This document shows positions 25,007-37,443 of a stretch of 64,000 nucleotides of DNA, in pieces (position 1 is the stretch's first letter; every line of letters starts with the position of its first letter). The translations under genes and the position numbers were made by a program. The notes below the pieces were generated by a model. It saw only the letters and a list, made by a program, of their open reading frames with translations. It had not been told where the DNA came from and ran no database searches. Source of the stretch: Anaeramoeba ignava BMAN (lineage: Eukaryota > Protista > Anaeramoebae). The DNA lies in assembly GCA_028826165.1 (NCBI GenBank), contig JAPDFW010000059.1, positions 1,612,001-1,676,000 on the forward strand. The letters run 5' to 3'.

Positions 25007-27076
25007 TCATTTAATATATTCTTTCATAAATGGTTTTTTTGTTTGAATAAAAATATCAATTTCTTTCCAAAAATCATAAACAGCTGTTGTATCATGATGT
25101 CTTTTGTTTTTGCTAATTGTTAATTTCTTAACTTTCCATGAATCAACTAAAATAGGAGGTTTTATATCTTCATAACCAAAATAAATTCCTCTAACTAAAT
25201 CAAAATCAAAATCAAAATTAAAATCAAAATTAAAATCAAAATATAAATCAAAATCAAAATCAAAATCAAAATCAAAATTAAAATTAAAATTAAAATATAA
25301 ATCAAAATTAAAATCAAAATATAAATCAAAATCAAAACCAAAATCAAAATCAAAATTAAAATTAAAATTAAAATATAAATCAAAATTAAAATCAAAATTA
25401 AAATCAAAATTACCTTCATTAAATATTTCTACAGGTTTTTTCCATCTGAAATTCTTTAATTGACTTGCAGCTCCAGATGTAATTACACAAACAACCCGAT
25501 CCCAATCTCTTTTATTGATTTTTTTTGGATCATCACAAAGTTGATAATGTAATTTTGTTTGTTTTCGTGTTCGAACAATTTGAATAAATCCAAATTTAGG
25601 AATTGATCCTCCATTTTTAATATAATCTTCAGGTGCAACGAATTTTCCTTGTTCCAAAAATTTTTGAGCATTTGTACTATTGATTATACAGTTTGCAGTA
25701 TTTGGAATTATGATAATTGGCATTTGTGCTTTTTTGATTTTGGTTATTAAAATTATTATTAAAATTATTATTAAATTTATTATTAAAATTATTATTAAAA
25801 TTATTATTAAAATTATTATTAAATTTATTATTAAAATTATTATTAAAATTATTATTAAAATTATTATTAAAATTATTTATAAATTTATTATTAAAATAAT
25901 TATTAAAATTATTATTAAAATTATTATTAAATTTATTATTAAATTTATTATTAAATTTATTATTAAAATTATTATTAAAATTATTATTAAATTTATTATT
26001 AAAATTATTATTAAATTTATTATTAAAATTATTATTAAATTTATTATTAAATTTATTATTAAATTTATTATTAAATTTATTATTAAATTTATTATTAAAT
26101 TTATTATTAAATTTATTATTAAATTTATTATTAAAATTTATTATTAAATTTATTATTAAAATTATTATTAAAATTATTATTAAAATTATTATTAAAATTA
26201 TTATTAAAATTATTATTAAATTTATTATTAAAATTATTATTAAAATTATTATTAAATTTATTATTAAATTTATTATTAAATTTATTATTAAAATTATTAT
26301 TAAATTTATTATTAAAATTTATTATTAAATTATTATTAAAATTATTATTAAAATTATTATTAAAATTATTATTAAAATTATTATTAAAATTTATTATTAA
26401 ATTTATTATTAAAATTATTATTAAAATTATTATTAAATTTATTATTAAAATTATTATTAAAATTATTATTAAAATTTATTATTAAATTTATTATTAATTT
26501 AAATTGTAAATGTATCTAATTAATAAATACAGCCCTTTGGCTTAGTTGATTGAGGTGTAATAGTTGATTTGCTTGGATCTATTTTAAATCCTCCTGGCAA
26601 AACAATTGAAGATTGAGGATCATTTATAGTATGATCATTTTTCTTTATAGAATTTTTCTTTATAGAATTTTTCATTTTAGAATCTTCATCTTCAACTCTT
26701 TTAACAATTTCTAAAATATTTGAAAAATCTTTTTTTTTTGAAAGTAATATTGTTTCTTTTGTTTCAATATGCTTTTCTTTTGCAAGAATTATTCTAACTT
26801 TTTCACGATCTTTTTCAAATAATTTATATTCGTTTGTTTCAAGTGTAGTTGCACCAGAAATGGCTAAAAGAAATATTCAAATATTGGATTGAATTTTAAA
26901 TTGAATTTTAAATTGAATTTTAAAAGAATAAAAAAATAATTTCTACTCTTTCTTTTTGTTGCAATTCTTTTTGAAAGAAGAGTTTTAATTTGATTTTTAG
27001 ACATATTTTCTAAAGATATTTGATTAGTATTATCTTCTTTTTTATCTTGATTTTCATTATTTTTTAAATTTGACAT
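25007..27076 (-). CDS. CDC73: CDC73/parafibromin (Paf1 complex)
   Basis: Motifs PIIIIP..ANCIIN..NAQKFL..GKFV, DWDRVV, WKKPVEIF, VRGIYF and ISKNKRHHD..FW. Four exons; the N-terminal part is short. Confidence 0.9.
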
Positions 27077-27163
27077 TATTAAAAATGAAAAAGAAAAAAA
27101 TGAAAAAGAAAAAAATGAAAAAAAATTTTATTGAAAAAAAAATCTAAAAAAAAAAAGAATTGA

Positions 27164-29280
27164 TTAAAGAAAAAATCTTCTTCTTGAAGTGTCTAAAAGG
27201 GATTTATGATAATAAATGTATTCGCCATGAAAATAATCAAAAGTTCCTAATTGAAGAGATCTTAATTTCAAAGTGAATTGAGGACCAAGTTCTTGAAGTC
27301 TAACTTGAGTTGGACTATCGAAAATGTAACGATGAAATCTAAAGAAAATAAAGTCTCTTTGATTATGAAATGTTACAACTTGTCTTTTTTCAAAATCTGG
27401 TTGATGTGGAAATAAAGATGCAAGCATTCTTGCAATTGTATGTCCTAATCTAGTTGTAAATCGATTCAAAATTACTTCTGGATTTGAATCTACTGGTCTC
27501 CCTTTATCCTTTTTTTAAAATTTATTTTAATTTTGATTTTGATTTTGATTTTGATTTTGATTTTAATTTTGATTTTGATTTTAATTTTGATTTTAATTTT
27601 GATTTTAATTTTGATTTTGATTTCAATTTTGATTTTAATTTTAATTTTAATTTTGATTTTGATTTCGATTTTGATTTTGATTTTAATTTTGATTTTAATT
27701 TTAATTTTAATTTTGATTTTGATTTTAATTTTAATTTTACTTTCATTTCTTTTCTTCGAACTGCATTTGATATTTTGAAATGTGCAGTTGGTCCATTTGG
27801 AAGATGAATTAAAAGCATTGCATCTAAAAAGTTTAATTGAAATTGAAATTTAATTTAATTGAATTTAAATTTGGAATTTGAAATTTGATTTAACTGACTT
27901 GGTTTTTTTCGATCTTCATTTATAATAATAATATCTGTAAAATCAGCATTTGTTGCATATTTAACAATCTCTTTAATATGGTATCTCCTTCTATAATATA
28001 CTTTTGAATTTGGAATTGCTTTTTTAATATCAAACAAGAAAGGATAAATATTCTAAAATAAATTCCATAAAAATGGTTTATAAATTGATTTAAATTTATA
28101 AATTAATTTAGATTTAGATTTAGATTTATAAATTGATTTAGATTTAGATTTATAAATTGATTTAAATTTATAAATTGATTTAAATTTGTAAATTAATTTA
28201 AATTTAAAAATTGATTTAAAATTATAAATTGATTTAGATTTATAAATTGATTTAAATTTATAAATTGATTTAGATTTATAAATTAATTTAAATTTATAAA
28301 TAGATTTAGATTTATAAATTGATTTAAATTTATAAATTGATTTAGATTTATAAATTGATTTAGATTTATAAATAGATTTAAATTTATAAATAGATTTAAA
28401 ATTATAAATTGATTTAAATTTATAAATAGGATTTATAAATAGATTTAAATTTATAAATAGATTTAAATTTATAAATTGATTTAAATTTATAAATTAATTT
28501 AAATTTATAAATAGATTTAAATTTATAAATTGATTTAAATTTATAAATAGATTTAGATTTATAAATAGATTTAAATTTATAAATTGATTTAGATTTATAA
28601 ATAGATTTAAATTTATAAATTGATTTAAATTTATAAATTGATTTAAATTTATAAATAGATTTAGATTTAGATTTATAAATTGATTTAAATTTATAAATAG
28701 ATTTAGATTTAGATTTATAAATTGATTTATAAATTGATTTGGGTTTATAAATTGATTTATAAATTGATTTGGATTTTGAAATTGATTACAGTAGTTGGCT
28801 TTTTCGATGAAGTAATAAAAACTTTAGGAGTTTTTCCTTCAACAAAATAAGATGAGATTTCATCAGATTGATTATCAAGAATAATCTCTTCATCTCTTGG
28901 ATCAACAATAGTTTCATCAAATTCTCTTGTGCTATCAATTGTTTGGGGAAGTTGTTTTGGAGGAGCTTTATCTCCAAGAGTCTTTTCTAATTGTCTTCTT
29001 TTTCTCCTTTCTTTAGTTTGTTGTACTTTTTTTTCATGCTTTAATTTTTGAATATATTGACTCCGTATTTTCAATAAAAAATTATCAATTAGTTTTTTTT
29101 GTTTTGTTTAGTTTCTTTTTTATTTAAATTGATCGACTTATTTCTCATTTTATTTTGAATTGTGTTTGGGTTAAAGAATTTTTTTCTTCTTTCTTTTCTT
29201 TGTTGAGGTGTTATTTTTTTCTTTTGTTTTGGTTTTTTCATTAATTTATGGTTAGTTTTTTTAGTTGATTTTTCTGACAT
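27164..29280 (-). CDS. RPF1: Ribosome production factor 1 (Brix domain)
   Basis: Motifs [82 protein letters not shown] and RRRFFL. Five exons; intron 1 is probably AT-AC. Confidence 0.95.
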
Positions 29281-29398
29281 TCTATCTATTAATTAATTAA
29301 TTTATTTATTTATTTATTTATAATAATATTTTTAGAAAAAGAAAAAAAAAAAAAAAAAAATTTTGAAAAGAAAAAAATTTTCAATTTAAATTTTTTTT

Positions 29399-32255
29399 TC
29401 ACCAATCAAATTGATGACAATTTGGAATAAGTAATCCTCCTCTTTGATAAATCTCCATTTGTATTTTTGAGAAAGGAATCGCTTTTAATTTATTTTTTTT
29501 CGTTAAATTGTTGATTTGACCTGTTTTTAAATTTATTTTTAATCGATCTAAATTGGAAATTTTTTCATCCACTTTTGAATTTGGAACTAAATTAATAATT
29601 GGAAAAGCAGAATTAATTGCAAGTCTTTCAAAATCTGAATGAAAAGAAAAAGCTAAAATTGCTGAAATTTTCAAATTAGAAACAAGAGAAAAAAATTGAT
29701 GAGAAGATTCAGATTTGAAAACAAAAAAAGAGTTAATTAAAAGGAAAAGATTTTGTTTTGTATTTTTGAGGAAATCAAGTAAATTTTGATTTTGATTTTG
29801 ATTTTGATTTTGATTTTGATTTTCATTTTCAATTTGATTTTGATTTTGATTTATATTTTGATTTTGATTTTGATTTTGATTTTGATTTTGATTTTGATTT
29901 ATATTTTGATTTATATTTTGATTTTGATTTTGATTTTGATTTTGATTTTCAATTTGATTTATATTTTGATTTAAATTTTGATTTTGATTTTGATTTTGAT
30001 TTTGATTTTGATTTTGATTTATATTTTGATTTTGAATTTGATTTATATTTTGATTTTGATTTTGAATTTGATTTTGATTTTTATTTTGATTTTGATTTTG
30101 ATTTTGATTTTGATTTTGATTTTGATTTTGATTTTGATTTTGATTTTGATTTTCAATTTGATTTTGATTTTGATTTTGATTTTGATTTTGATTTTGATTT
30201 TGATTTTGATTTTGATTTTGATTTTGATTTATATTTTGATTTTGATTTTCAATTTGAATTTGATTTTGATTTTGATTTTGATTTTGATTTATATTTTGAT
30301 TTTGAATTTGATTTATATTTTGATTTTGATTTTGAATTTGAATTTGATTTTGATTTTGATTTTGATTTTGATTTTCATTTTGATTTAAATTTTGATTTAA
30401 ATTTTGAATTTGATTTTGATTTTCAAATTTGATTTTGATTTTGATTTTGATTTTGATTTTGATTTTGATTTTGATTTTGATTTTGATTTTGATTTTGATT
30501 TTGATTTATATTTTGATTTTGATTTTCAATTTGAATTTGATTTTGATTTTGATTTTGATTTTGATTTATATTTTGATTTTGATTTTGATTTTGATTTTGA
30601 TTTTGATTTTGATTTTGATTTTGATTTTGATTTTGATTTTGATTTTGATTTTGATTTTGAATTTGATTTAGATTTTGATTTTGATTTTGATTTTGATTTT
30701 GATTTTGATTTTGATTTTGATTTTGATTTTGATTTTGATTTTGATTTTGATTTTGATTTTCATTTTGATTTTGATTTTGATTTTGATTTTTATTTTTATT
30801 TTGATTTTCAATTTGATTTCTTTCAGATAATAAAGTTAAAAGTGGAACAAAATCTTCCTCTTCAATAACCCAAACAGGAGCAGAAATTACTAAAGATTTT
30901 GCTTGACTTTCAACTGAGCATAAACTTTCTGAAGTGAATAGTGAGCAATTTTCACAAGAAAAAAAAGAATATTGAGGAGCAGTTGAAGCATACATTTCTG
31001 GATAAAACAGTTTTGGAATTTGAAGAATTTCATTTTTGGGTGTAATAACTCCAGAAATTGCAGAAGAAACAACAGTCTCACAAGAACAGATGTAAATATC
31101 ACCATGATTAGAGATATTCTGTTGTGGATTAAGATATCCTGTACTTACAACAATTTGAGAAATGGAAAATTGGGAAAATCTTGAATTATGAGAAGTGGAA
31201 AAACCTGGATTACAAATAATTGCCCCTGATTCACAGAATATTTCAACAAGCCCTTCTTGGAGAGCTTTGAGAAAAGCATCTTTTGTTGATGGTACAATTA
31301 CTAAGATCACACCTGGTGCTATTTTCCTTTTTTTGAGAAGATGTGCGATTTTTCTCAAATCTTCTATTCTTCCATTTGAAGATGAACCAACAATACAAGT
31401 GTCAATTTTGGTTCCTTGATATTTTTGGATCGGAGAAATTTGGAACGGGAATTTTGAGTGACAAATCAAGGGAGTTGTGTTTTCTATATTGATCTCAATT
31501 TGTTTTTTATATATTTTGAGAGTATTTGAGAAACGAATTTTTGGAAGAACATGTTTGCTTTGGGAAATAGTAGTTTCTGAAGGGAAAAAAAAACTCAAAG
31601 CTTTTAGATCGGATGCGAATGAAGCCAAAGTGATCTTATCGGTGAGATTAAGAGAATCAACGTATTCACCAAAGATCTCAACGGAAGAATCGACGAAACC
31701 ATTTGGATCAATTTCTTGGACAATTTTCAAACCAACGTCTTTTGCACAAGCATTTCTATTTGGGAATCCTTTTAAAACAATTTTGACTGAATTCGGAACT
31801 TTGATCCAAGTTGATCCAGAAGAGAGAGCAAATGCAAGATCATTTTCAGATAAGCAAAGACCAAGTGCTCCAATAGCTCCAATAATGTTTATATTTGGAT
31901 CGTTTGAAACCAAAATATCCCCTGATTTTATTTTTCCCGAATCCAAAAGGTTATGTGAGCCAATACCCATTTCCACATCCAAAATCTCTGTTTTTTCTTT
32001 TGTTGAGATTTTCCTTAAACAGTTTTGAGTTGAAAAAGTGTCAGAATTTAATCCTAAAGGATCAAAATCAAAAGTGAAAAATGTTTTTGATGGATTTTTT
32101 ATTGAGAGATTGTTTGAAAGAAAATATTTTGTCAGATTTTCAGAGTTATGATCTTGAATAAGATATTTATCAATAGAGATGTTTATTATTGTATTTTTTG
32201 TTGGGATTTGAGAAGATTTAATTGAAAGAATTTTTTGAATTATTGATTGATTCAT
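29399..32255 (-). CDS. Degenerate aconitase-family LeuC/HacA + LeuD/HacB fusion (probable pseudoenzyme) with internal Q/N tract
   Basis: Large-subunit motifs GIGSH, WIKVP.SVKI, AKDV, KIDTCIVG..NGRIEDL and VVSTG. Small-subunit motifs AILAFSF..DFERLAIN and QMEIYQRGGLL. The ORFs 30423-32255 and 29399-29674 join after removing one base at ~30425. Confidence 0.75.
29786..30815. repeat. (GATTTT)n array encoding poly-(NQ) on the minus strand
   Basis: The hexamer phase is kept across ~1030 nt except for one extra base. Confidence 0.9.
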
Positions 32256-32637
32256 TAAAGAAGAAAAAAAATGAAAAAAAAATGAAAAAAAAATGAAAAA
32301 AAGATTTTAGATGAAAAAAAATAATCAATAAGAAAATTTAATTAAAAAAAAAGTTTAAAAAATAAAAATAAATAAGTTTTTTCAATTTAATAATAAATGA
32401 ATACTGTTAAGATAAGAGAAATAAATTTATTTTTTTAATTTTTTTAATTTGATTGAAATTTTTTTGAAGAGTTGAATTTAATAATTAAAAAAAATTTTTT
32501 AAAACATCTTTTGTTTTTTTCCAAATCATTTTTTTATTTTTTATTTTTTAAAATTCAAGTTAAAAATTCAAGTTAAAAATTCAAGTTAAAAATTTAAGTT
32601 AAAAATTCAAGTTAAAAATTTAAGTTAAAAATTTAAA

Positions 32638-34703
32638 ATGGGAAATTTTTCAATATTTGAGAAAAAAAAACCACCACCAAATCCAAACACAGTTCAAAGT
32701 GCATATCCAAGAACACTTCCGAACGATCGGAACGAAAACACATATTCGATAATATTAAAAGAAAACAAGCATTATGTTTATCGATCACCATTAGCACTTG
32801 ATTCACATTTGAATCAATGGAAAACGGAAACACAAACGTTATATGAGAATTTAGAAGACACAAGCCGAAGATTTGCAACAAACCGGCTTTTCGGGACTCG
32901 ATCATATGATGTGAAAACAAAGAAATACGGAGATTACACTTGGGTTAATTATAAAGATTTTGCGGAATTAAGGACACATTTTGGATCGGGACTTCGCGAA
33001 CTTGGACTTGTAAAACATTCCCGAGTGGGGATATTCTCAATAAACCGCCTGGAATGGGTGGCTACGGAGCACGCCTCATATGCATACTCATTTGTGCCTG
33101 TTCCTTTGTATTCCACTTTTGGAAAATTGTTTATTGAATATATTATCAATCATGCGGAGATCAGTGTTATTGTGACAGAAGAAAAACATCTTGAGCTACT
33201 TAGCGAGGTTGCTGAGACATGCAAATCTCTAGAGAAGATTATTGTGATGGAGAATCGCAACGAACCAGGAGTTAAAGAGCGACTTGGAGATCAAATATAT
33301 GCGAAAAAATTAGTGGAAAAAGGGAAAAAAATTTATATGTTTGAAGAGATTGTTGAGAAGGGGAAAGTCAAGCCCTATGCACATGAACCTCCGCAACCTG
33401 ATGATCTGTGTTCGATCATCTACACCAGCGGGACAACATCATATCCCAAAGGCGTTATGTACACGCACCGAAGCATGGTGGCTGCGATCACCGGGTTCGC
33501 CAACATTGGGTATCACTATAATGAAACTGACAGGTACCTTAGCTACCTCCCGCTCAGCCATGTGTTCGAGCGCAATCTGGAGAACGCGATGGTCGGCACT
33601 GGTGGATGTGTGGGGTTCTTCTGTGGAGATCTGCGGTTGGTTGTTGATGACATCCAAAAAGTTGCACCAACGGTTTTTTGTGGAGTTCCTCGTGTGTTTA
33701 TGCGGATCTACGACCGCGTTCTTGAGCGGATCCGCGGGGAATCTATTCTAAAGCAGTATATCTTCAAGGTTGCTTTTGAACAGAAACGGAAAGCAATTGA
33801 AAAAAACGAGAACAGTTTTCTTTGGGATCTTTTAGTTTTCAACAAAACAAAAAAACAATTTGGCGGAAAAATCCGTTTAGTCATCAACGGAGCCGCTCCT
33901 TTGCCGAGTGTGCATCAAGAATTCTTCAAAATCCTTTTTGCTCGGCATACCATACAGGGATGGGGGATGACAGAGACTGGAGCAGCTGGATTGGTTCAAG
34001 TTTTTGATGACATCAAAGGGTTGGGTCACGTTGGTCCGCCAGTTTGTTGTTCCGATTTCAGGCTTGAGTCAGTCCCAGAGCTCAACTACTCCACAGAAGA
34101 CCGCCCTTATCCCCGCGGCGAGCTTCTTATCCGCGGCCGCAATGTCTTCTCGGGCTACTACAAAGATCCAGACAAAACTGCAGAGGCTTTCGATGGCAAA
34201 TGGTTCCGCACTGGAGACGTCGCACAAGTTCTTGAGAACGGTGTGTTCCAAATCATAGACAGGAAAAAAACGTCTTTAAACTCTCCCAAGGTGAATATAT
34301 TGCCCCAGAACAACTCGAGAATCTCTATACTCGATCTACGTTTGTCATGCAGATCATGGTTTGGGGATTGTCAACTGAAAATTTTCTTGTCGCTGTTCTT
34401 GTTCCTGAAAAACAACCCCTTCTAGACAAGTTTTCTTCCTCTTTTCCTTCTCTTGACCCAGATTCTCCCAAGCTCTATGACTCTATTTGTTCTGCTCCTG
34501 AAACAAAGAAGTTCTTATTGGCTGAACTTGAAAAACTTGGAAGAGAATCGAGTGTAAATGGATTTGAGATTTTGAAGAATTTGGTTATAGAGCCTGAGCC
34601 TTTTAGTGTTGAAAATGATCTTCTTACTTCCACTTTTAAAATTCGTCGGCATGAAATTGAAAAAAAATATAAAGACCAATTACTCAGTTTATATTTAAAA
34701 TAA
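32638..34703 (+). CDS. ACSL: Long-chain fatty acyl-CoA synthetase (1-nt frameshift in A-run at ~34265)
   Basis: Motifs IIYTSGTT..PKGV, SYLPLSHVFE, QGWGMTE, GELLIRG.NVF.GYYK, WFRTGD and IIDRKK, then in the shifted frame NVFKLSQGEYIAPE and LLTSTFKIRR. Intronless; the MGNFS start could be myristoylated. Confidence 0.93.
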
Positions 34704-34704
34704 T

Positions 34705-37140
34705 TAACATAATATTTAACATAATTTAATTAAAACAATTAAAACAATTAAAACAATTAAAACAATATTTAACATAATTAAAACAATATTTAACATAATT
34801 AAAACAATATTTAAATCAATATTTAAATCAAATATTTAAATTAATATTTAAATCAAAATATTTAACATAATTAAATCAAATATTTAAATCAAATATTTAA
34901 ATCAAATATTTAAATCAAATATTTAAATTAATATTTAAATTAATATTTAAATCAAATATTTAAATCAAATATTTAAATCAAATATTTAAATCTAAAATAA
35001 TTTTAAAATTTAAATATTTAAATCAAATATTTAAATCAAATATTTAAATCAAATATTTAAATTCAATATATTTATATCATAATATTTAAATCAAATATTT
35101 AAATCAAATATTTAAATCAAATATTTAAAACATTTAAATCAATATTTAAATCAAATATTTAAATCAAATATTTAAAATATTTAATAATATTTAAATCAAA
35201 TATTTAAATCAAATATTTAAATCAAATAATTAATATAATATTTAAATCAAATATTTAAATCAAATATTTAAATCAAATATTTAAATATATTTAAATCAAT
35301 ATTTAAATCAAATATTTAAATCAAATATTTAAATCAAATATTTAAATCAATATATTTAAATCAAATATTTAATTAAATCAAATATTTAAATAATATTTAA
35401 ATCAAATATTTAAATTAATATTTAAATCAAATATTTAAATCAAATATTTAAATCAAATATTTAAATCAATATTTAAATAATATTTAAATCAAATATTTAA
35501 ATCAATATTTTAATTTAAATCAAATATTTAAATCAAATATTTAAATCAATCAAATATTTAAATCAATATTTAAATCAATCAAATATTTAAATCAAATATT
35601 TAAATCAAATATTTAAATCAAATATTTAAATCAAATATTTAAATCAAATATTTTAAATCAAATATTTAAATCAAATATTTAAATCAATATTTAAATCTAA
35701 TATTTAAATTCAATATTTAAATCAAATATTTAAATCAAATAATTAAATCAAATATTTAAATCAAATATTTAAATCAAATATTTAAATCAAATATTTAAAT
35801 CAATATTTAAATCAATATTTAAATTCAATATTTAAATCAAATATTTAAATCAAATATTTAAATCAAATATTTAAATCAAATATTTAAAAAAATTAAATCA
35901 ATTAAAACAATTAAAACAATATAAAACATATTAAAACAATTAAAACAATATTTAAAACAATATTTAAAAACAATATTTAAATCAAATATTTAAATCAAAT
36001 ATTTAAATCAATATTTAAATCAAATATTTAAATCAAATATTTAAATCAAATATTTAAATCAAATATTTAAATCAAATATTTAAATCAAATATTTAAATCA
36101 AATATTTAAATCAAATATTTAAATCAAATATATTTAAATCAAATATTTAAATCAAATATTTAAATCAAATATTTAAATCAAATATTTTAAATCAAATATT
36201 TAAATCAAATATTTAAATCAAATATTTAAATCAAATATTTAAATCAAATATTTAAATCAAATATTTAAATCAAATATTTAAATCAAATATTTAAATCAAA
36301 TATTTAAATCAAATATTTAAATCAAATATTTAAATCAAATATTTAAATCAAATATTTAAATCAAATATTTAAATCAATTATTTTAAAATCAAATAATTAA
36401 AATATTTAAATCAAATATTTAAATCAAATATTTAAAATCAAATATTTAAATCAAATAATTAAATCAATATTTAAATCAAATATTTAAATCAAATATTTAA
36501 ATCAAATATTTAAATCAAATATTAATATTTAAATCAAATATTTAAATTAATATTTAAATCAAATATTTAAATCAAATATTTAAATCAAATATTTAAATTA
36601 ATATTTAAATCAAATATTTAAATCAAATATTTAAATCAAATATTTAAATCAATATATTTAAATCAAATATTTAAATCAAATATTTAAATCTAATATTTAA
36701 ATTAAATAATTAAATCAAATATTTAAATCAAATATTTAAATCAAATATTTAAATCAAATATTTAAATCTAATATTTAAATCAAATATTTAAATCTAATAT
36801 TTAAATTAATATTTAAATCAAATATTTAATATAATATTTAAATCAAATATTTAAATCAATATTTAAATCAAATATTTCAATTAAAACAATAAATCAAATA
36901 TTTAACATAATTAAAACAATATTTAACATAATTAAAACAATATTTAAAACAATATTTAAATCAAATATTTAAATCAAATATTTAAATCTAATATTTAAAT
37001 CAAATATTTAAGTCAATATTTAAATCAAATATTTAACATAATTAAAACAATATTTAACATAATTAAAGCAATATTTAAATCAATATTTAAATCAATATTT
37101 ATATAATATTTAAATCAATATCTAAATTAAATATTTAAAT
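34705..37140. repeat. Intergenic 13-bp minisatellite (AAATCAAATATTT)n, ~2.4 kb
   Basis: Direct reading; lies between the convergent ACSL and Cdc25 genes. Confidence 0.92.
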
Positions 37141-37443
37141 CAATTTTGAATTTGAATTTGTTAATTCTTTTCTTTTCTTTTTTCTTTTCTTATTTTATTT
37201 TCAATTCCAAAAAAAACCCAAAAACAAATTAAAAAAAAAAACAAGAAATTTTATTTCAAATTTTTTATTTCAATTTAAAAAATTTCACTTTTAAAAAAAA
37301 AAACAAAAACAAAAACAAAAACAATTCAAATTCATCAAGAATTCAAAATTAAAAATAATTAAAAATTAAGATTGAAAATTAAAAATTAAAAATTGAAAAT
37401 TAATCAAAAAATCAAATCAAATCAAATAAATGTTTTTCTCCAG

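Larger units (their letters stand above)
20365..28770. repeat. Series of intronic arrays: (AAATAT)n 20365-20800; (AAATTC/AAAATC)n 21548-22360; 18-mer AAATCAAAATAAATATTT 22575-23200; (TTTTAA)n 24028-24370; hexamers 25197-25410; 12-mer AAAWTTATTATT 25748-26500; (GATTTT/AATTTT)n 27525-27738; 18-mer GATTTAAATTTATAAATT 28075-28770
   Basis: Direct reading; each array lies inside a reconstructed intron. Confidence 0.85.

Noticed and set aside
25725-25750. Non-canonical GT-AA acceptor in CDC73 intron 2 (ttaataa|CC is in phase)
   Set aside because: A canonical in-phase AAAAAG|CA acceptor lies 15 nt downstream.
34255-34275. Programmed ribosomal frameshift in ACSL (also the shifts at ~7107, ~18455, ~30425 and ~49717)
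   Set aside because: These single-base indels lie mostly in homopolymers or repeats with intact coding sequence on both sides. Long-read consensus error is more parsimonious.
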